Below are positions 60,807-64,000 of a DNA stretch of 64,000 nt, in pieces (within the stretch, counting starts at the first letter, position 1; every line of letters begins with the position of its first letter). The stretch covers positions 1 through 64,000 of IMG/VR virus record IMGVR_UViG_3300021426_000079. One strand, 5' to 3'. Position numbers and translations under genes: made by a program. This DNA is from a virus (lineage: Duplodnaviria; Caudoviricetes). A model generated the notes under the pieces. It ran no database searches and was not told the origin of the DNA. It worked only from the letters and a program-made list of their open reading frames with translations.

Positions 60807-61601
60807 TTATTTTCTTTCTTTGAGAATCTGCACGCTGCGCATGATGCTCGGAATCGCCGCGTCCATGTCGTCTTTCCAATCGCCTACATATTCATAGGTA
60901 ATGTCATCTTCATCCTCTGCCGCCTCGATGCGCGCGCAATACCCATCAAGAAGATTGTAGTCTTTGGCGTAGCAGTGGAATGAATTCGCGCGATGAACGT
61001 AACTTCCGACCTCAACGCCCAACTCGTCTGCAATTTTCTTCTGTAACATAATCAGCGCAAAAGCGTTCATGAATGTTGCCTTGCAAGCGTCGTTAGAGCG
61101 GAACAGCACTTTGCAACACAGTTTGCCGCCGCGCACGAAATAATGTACGTGCTGAAGACAAGCTACATCATCGTTGTACATTTCTGTATTCTTATCTCTT
61201 ATGACCATGACCGCGCGCCGACTCGACGGATTGCGCTTTAACTCGTCGATTACAAAAGGAATCTGGTCTGCGTATCTCTGGTGATAAGTGTACGCCCACT
61301 TGCCGCGCTCAACCTCAAAGTCAAGAATACCGTCAGTCATTTCAAGAACGTATTGTTCCAGTTCTTCCGCGCCGCCAATAAAGCAACGCGAAATCATCGG
61401 CTCTTGCAGAGGATTCGCCACACACATCGTCATGGAAATCTCTTTCTGTTTGGTATTCCAGTCTACGCAATCAGTCTCAACGCCGCAACGTTGCAATTTC
61501 ATCAATGCCATGTGATACGCCGCAGGTAATGTAGTGGCACTTACGGTTGCTTCTGGAATGTCAAATACTAATGGATTCGCCCATTGGAAGTTCATATTCA
61601 T
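60807..61601 (-). CDS. thyA: thymidylate synthase (short, archaeal-like ThyA type)
   Basis: SRRA, ACLQ, FRSND, N, SFHCY motifs. Confidence 0.85.
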   Translation of the reverse strand: MNMNFQWANPLVFDIPEATVSATTLPAAYHMALMKLQRCGVETDCVDWNTKQKEISMTMCVANPLQEPMISRCFIGGAEELEQYVLEMTDGILDFEVERGKWAYTYHQRYADQIPFVIDELKRNPSSRRAVMVIRDKNTEMYNDDVACLQHVHYFVRGGKLCCKVLFRSNDACKATFMNAFALIMLQKKIADELGVEVGSYVHRANSFHCYAKDYNLLDGYCARIEAAEDEDDITYEYVGDWKDDMDAAIPSIMRSVQILKERK

Positions 61602-62051
61602 TACAGTTCCTCTCCGCTAAACCGTGTCCAACTTTCGGGGTTCTTTACATCGCAAAAGATGCTGTGAGCTAAATAGCAACAGTTTGCAGGTGTCGTGATG
61701 CGCCGCACAATAATCGTGAATCATATCAACAGCATTGTCGATGTCCTCTTTGCTGTATTTATCTTCGGGAGTTATGTAATCCTCGTCCTTCACCATTTTC
61801 GCTCCACAATCGGGGCAATAATCCCAATCAATACTTTTTGCGTGTTTCGCGCCGCCGCACTGACTGCATACCAGAGTATCAAATTCTGTCTCTTCCCAAT
61901 GTGCTTCATTCTTCGGAGTTTTAAGCGCATCTATAGCTTTCCCGACAATGTTGGTTATCTTATCACCGATGAATTTATCCTTCCCCCAGTCATAATCCCT
62001 TGCGTATTCCCTACACCATTCCAATGTCTGAATTGCTTCTTCGTTAGTCAT
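61601..62051 (-). pseudogene. zinc-ribbon protein with an apparent late frameshift
   Basis: alternative frame near 61685 gives NCCYLAHSIFCDVKNPESW...EEL-TAA, overlapping the thyA ATG. Confidence 0.5.
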
Positions 62052-62343
62052 ATACTACCTTTACCCTTTCTTCGTCTTTGCAGTAATACTTACCCATTGT
62101 TTTCTCAGTCTCCCAATGATGGTCTGGATGTTCGCACATATTGACGAGCGCACCGTCTTTGTGCAACTCTAACTTGTAATACCTACATGATTCGCAGTAT
62201 ACTATCTCTTTAAGCGGACACCAATCGGCGCACCCTTCAAGTGGAATTACTTCTAAACTATGGTTCGATGGTGAAGCATAGCACCATCTGTCTTCCTCGC
62301 GCAAACCGTGGTCAAAGTCATCTGAATTAATCGCAATTAGCAT
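62044..62343 (-). CDS. Cys-rich hypothetical protein
   Basis: WCPL, CESC and YC.D motifs. Confidence 0.7.
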   Translation of the reverse strand: MLIAINSDDFDHGLREEDRWCYASPSNHSLEVIPLEGCADWCPLKEIVYCESCRYYKLELHKDGALVNMCEHPDHHWETEKTMGKYYCKDEERVKVVYD

Positions 62344-62352
62344 ATTCTCACC

Positions 62353-62614
62353 TCACGTTTCGTCACAGCCGTCCGTGCAAAACCAGTACGGATCAGTCTC
62401 ATATCTCTTGTAACAATCGCTGTCTGGCTTGCGCGCCCTGTCGCACTCACAGCAATACACAATACGCTTCATGTGCGGGTCGTTCTTGATACTGCGCAAC
62501 TCACGCAAGAATCCCGCCAATTCCCACCGCGCACGTCGCTCTTCTGTAAATGTATCGTAGTCCTCGCAATCTTCCAGAGCTTCAATGCAATAATCTAAAT
62601 TTGTTTTTTTTCAT
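62353..62614 (-). pseudogene. Cys-rich protein frameshifted in an A8 run after the ATG
   Basis: with A7 the frame reads MKKTNLDYCIEALEDC...YWFCTDGCDET. Confidence 0.55.
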
Positions 62615-62616
62615 GT

Positions 62617-62832
62617 TTATTTTACCTTATTAAGATACGCCAGAATACCGTCTGCAATATCGGTCAACTGCGCGACTTCGCGGCACAGACATTTAATATA
62701 ACTAATAGTCTCCTCATGGTCGCGGTAATCCTGCGCAAGCCCCTGGTTCGCCATATGGTCGCAATACTGATTGATTCTGTTGTACTAGCTCTGAAACTCG
62801 TCAACGTATTTATGCTTTGCACTTGTAATCAT
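62617..62832 (-). pseudogene. hypothetical gene with an in-frame TAG
   Basis: GAGGAG RBS, MITSAKHKYVDEFQS*YNRINQ...LNKVK. Confidence 0.55.
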
Positions 62833-63244
62833 TGACTAACTCCTCGTCTACCAATCGTTCGTAATACTCGTCACGCGCCTGCTGCATGATCCTGTTCAGA
62901 TCTTCCGCCATGTCCTTCACGATGTCGCCCAGCTGGTCGAACGCTTCGCCCAGGCGCCGCGCCAGATCCTGCATCATTTCGTTCGCGGCCTTCTCCGCTT
63001 CGACTTCAACGTATGCGTCCCGCAGATGAAGCGCGGCCTTCACTTCGTTCGCGGCTTCCATCGGCGTCTTCCCCTTCATCTTCGCGTTTTCTTCGATGCG
63101 GCTTTTGATCAGATCCGGATCTGCGCCTGTCATGTCTGCGATCTGCCGGATTCGCTCTTCATATTCCTGCTTTTCGAAGATCATCTTCCGGATGTCCTGC
63201 GCGCCTTGTCCGACCGCTGCCCCGCATGATTTGCATTTAGCCAT
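62810..63244 (-). CDS. hypothetical coiled-coil protein
   Basis: 144-aa ORF; RBS. Confidence 0.65.
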   Translation of the reverse strand: MAKCKSCGAAVGQGAQDIRKMIFEKQEYEERIRQIADMTGADPDLIKSRIEENAKMKGKTPMEAANEVKAALHLRDAYVEVEAEKAANEMMQDLARRLGEAFDQLGDIVKDMAEDLNRIMQQARDEYYERLVDEELVNDYKCKA

Positions 63245-63634
63245 TGTCCTTTTTCTCTCCTTTTATACCAAATGTCCCGGACCGTTCGTCGGTTAGCAAA
63301 TCTTCCATCCCGGTGATATGGAGCACGTAATACTCCTCGCCTTCAGTTGCTCCCCACTCAGGACGCCCAGTTGATATTGTGATGTACCCGCTTATCATCG
63401 TGGCCGGAGCTGACAGGCTGTATCCGGCACGAAGAATTATGTCTTTAAACGGTACGCTGCCTGCTGCCCGGAGTGCACTTTCAACCTGAGCCTGTGAAGC
63501 ATAAATAAGCTCCAAGCCAAGGAATCTTTTGAACCGGGTCGCATAATATAATATGGAGAGAGTGCTCTGTACTCCTCTTTCTTTTCCCCGCTCCGGATCA
63601 TCTCCGGCCATTTACGTTTTATTGTCAAAATCAT
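63237..63634 (-). pseudogene. ASCH-domain protein disrupted by a 5-bp duplication
   Basis: MILTIKRKWPEMIRSGEKKEEYR in one frame continues as YYATRF...GRPEWGA...YYVL in another. Confidence 0.7.
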
Positions 63635-63848
63635 TGTCGTCCTCCCATAAACTCGAACCCTGTTCGTATGCTTTCTCCCAAGGATAAATATTGATCCGTC
63701 CGCAGTTATCGCAGAGCACTTTCTTTTTCGGGTATTCTGCTCCGTGTAGGTGTTCTGATCCACCACATGCCCCACACACAAAGAATGGTGTCCCGCCGGG
63801 TGACGCATATCCGATTTTTACCTGTTTCCATTTTCCGATCCTTGCCAT
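63612..63848 (-). CDS. zinc-ribbon protein
   Basis: CGACG...CDNCG. Confidence 0.7.
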   Translation of the reverse strand: MARIGKWKQVKIGYASPGGTPFFVCGACGGSEHLHGAEYPKKKVLCDNCGRINIYPWEKAYEQGSSLWEDDNDFDNKT

Positions 63849-64000
63849 TTTTTCTCTCCTTATTCCTTCACCGGTACATATCTGTCTATAACATTAAGCG
63901 GGTACCCCGTTTGTATAGTTTCGTTCTTCCGTCCCTCTGCCGCTGCCGTCAGGCGGCTTTGATCTTCTTCCATATCTGCGGCGCGGCCTTCTTACCATCG

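Overview
The window is phage from end to end: about 64 kb of a large temperate siphovirus with SPbeta-like gene order, most likely infecting a Clostridia/Lachnospiraceae host (inferred). It is in the excised (attP) configuration. (1) 1-8.8 kb: about 25 small leftward genes, nearly all behind their own near-consensus sigmaA promoter; the 20 promoters share a CATATG-centred palindromic operator. (2) 8.8-10.4 kb: a divergent non-coding switch region with an alternating purine-pyrimidine tract, palindromes, a LexA-type box, an AT-rich hairpin array and a G4-capable tract. (3) A YonO-like phage RNA polymerase split by a 295-nt group I intron that sits inside the catalytic DFDSD motif. (4) Late block: PIN-PhoH, metallophosphoesterase, HU, terminase, portal, protease, capsid, tail, a 2721-aa tape measure protein, Dit, tail spike and baseplate fibres, plus two candidate structured ncRNAs. 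(5) A diversity-generating retroelement (target VR, hairpin, TR, RT; no avd visible) next to a tyrosine recombinase. (6) Holins and a signal-peptide GH25 endolysin. (7) attP matching a tRNA-Gly 3' end, integrase, dUTPase, thymidylate synthase and a cluster of disrupted small genes. All product calls come from recognising motifs and synteny by eye; no database search was run.
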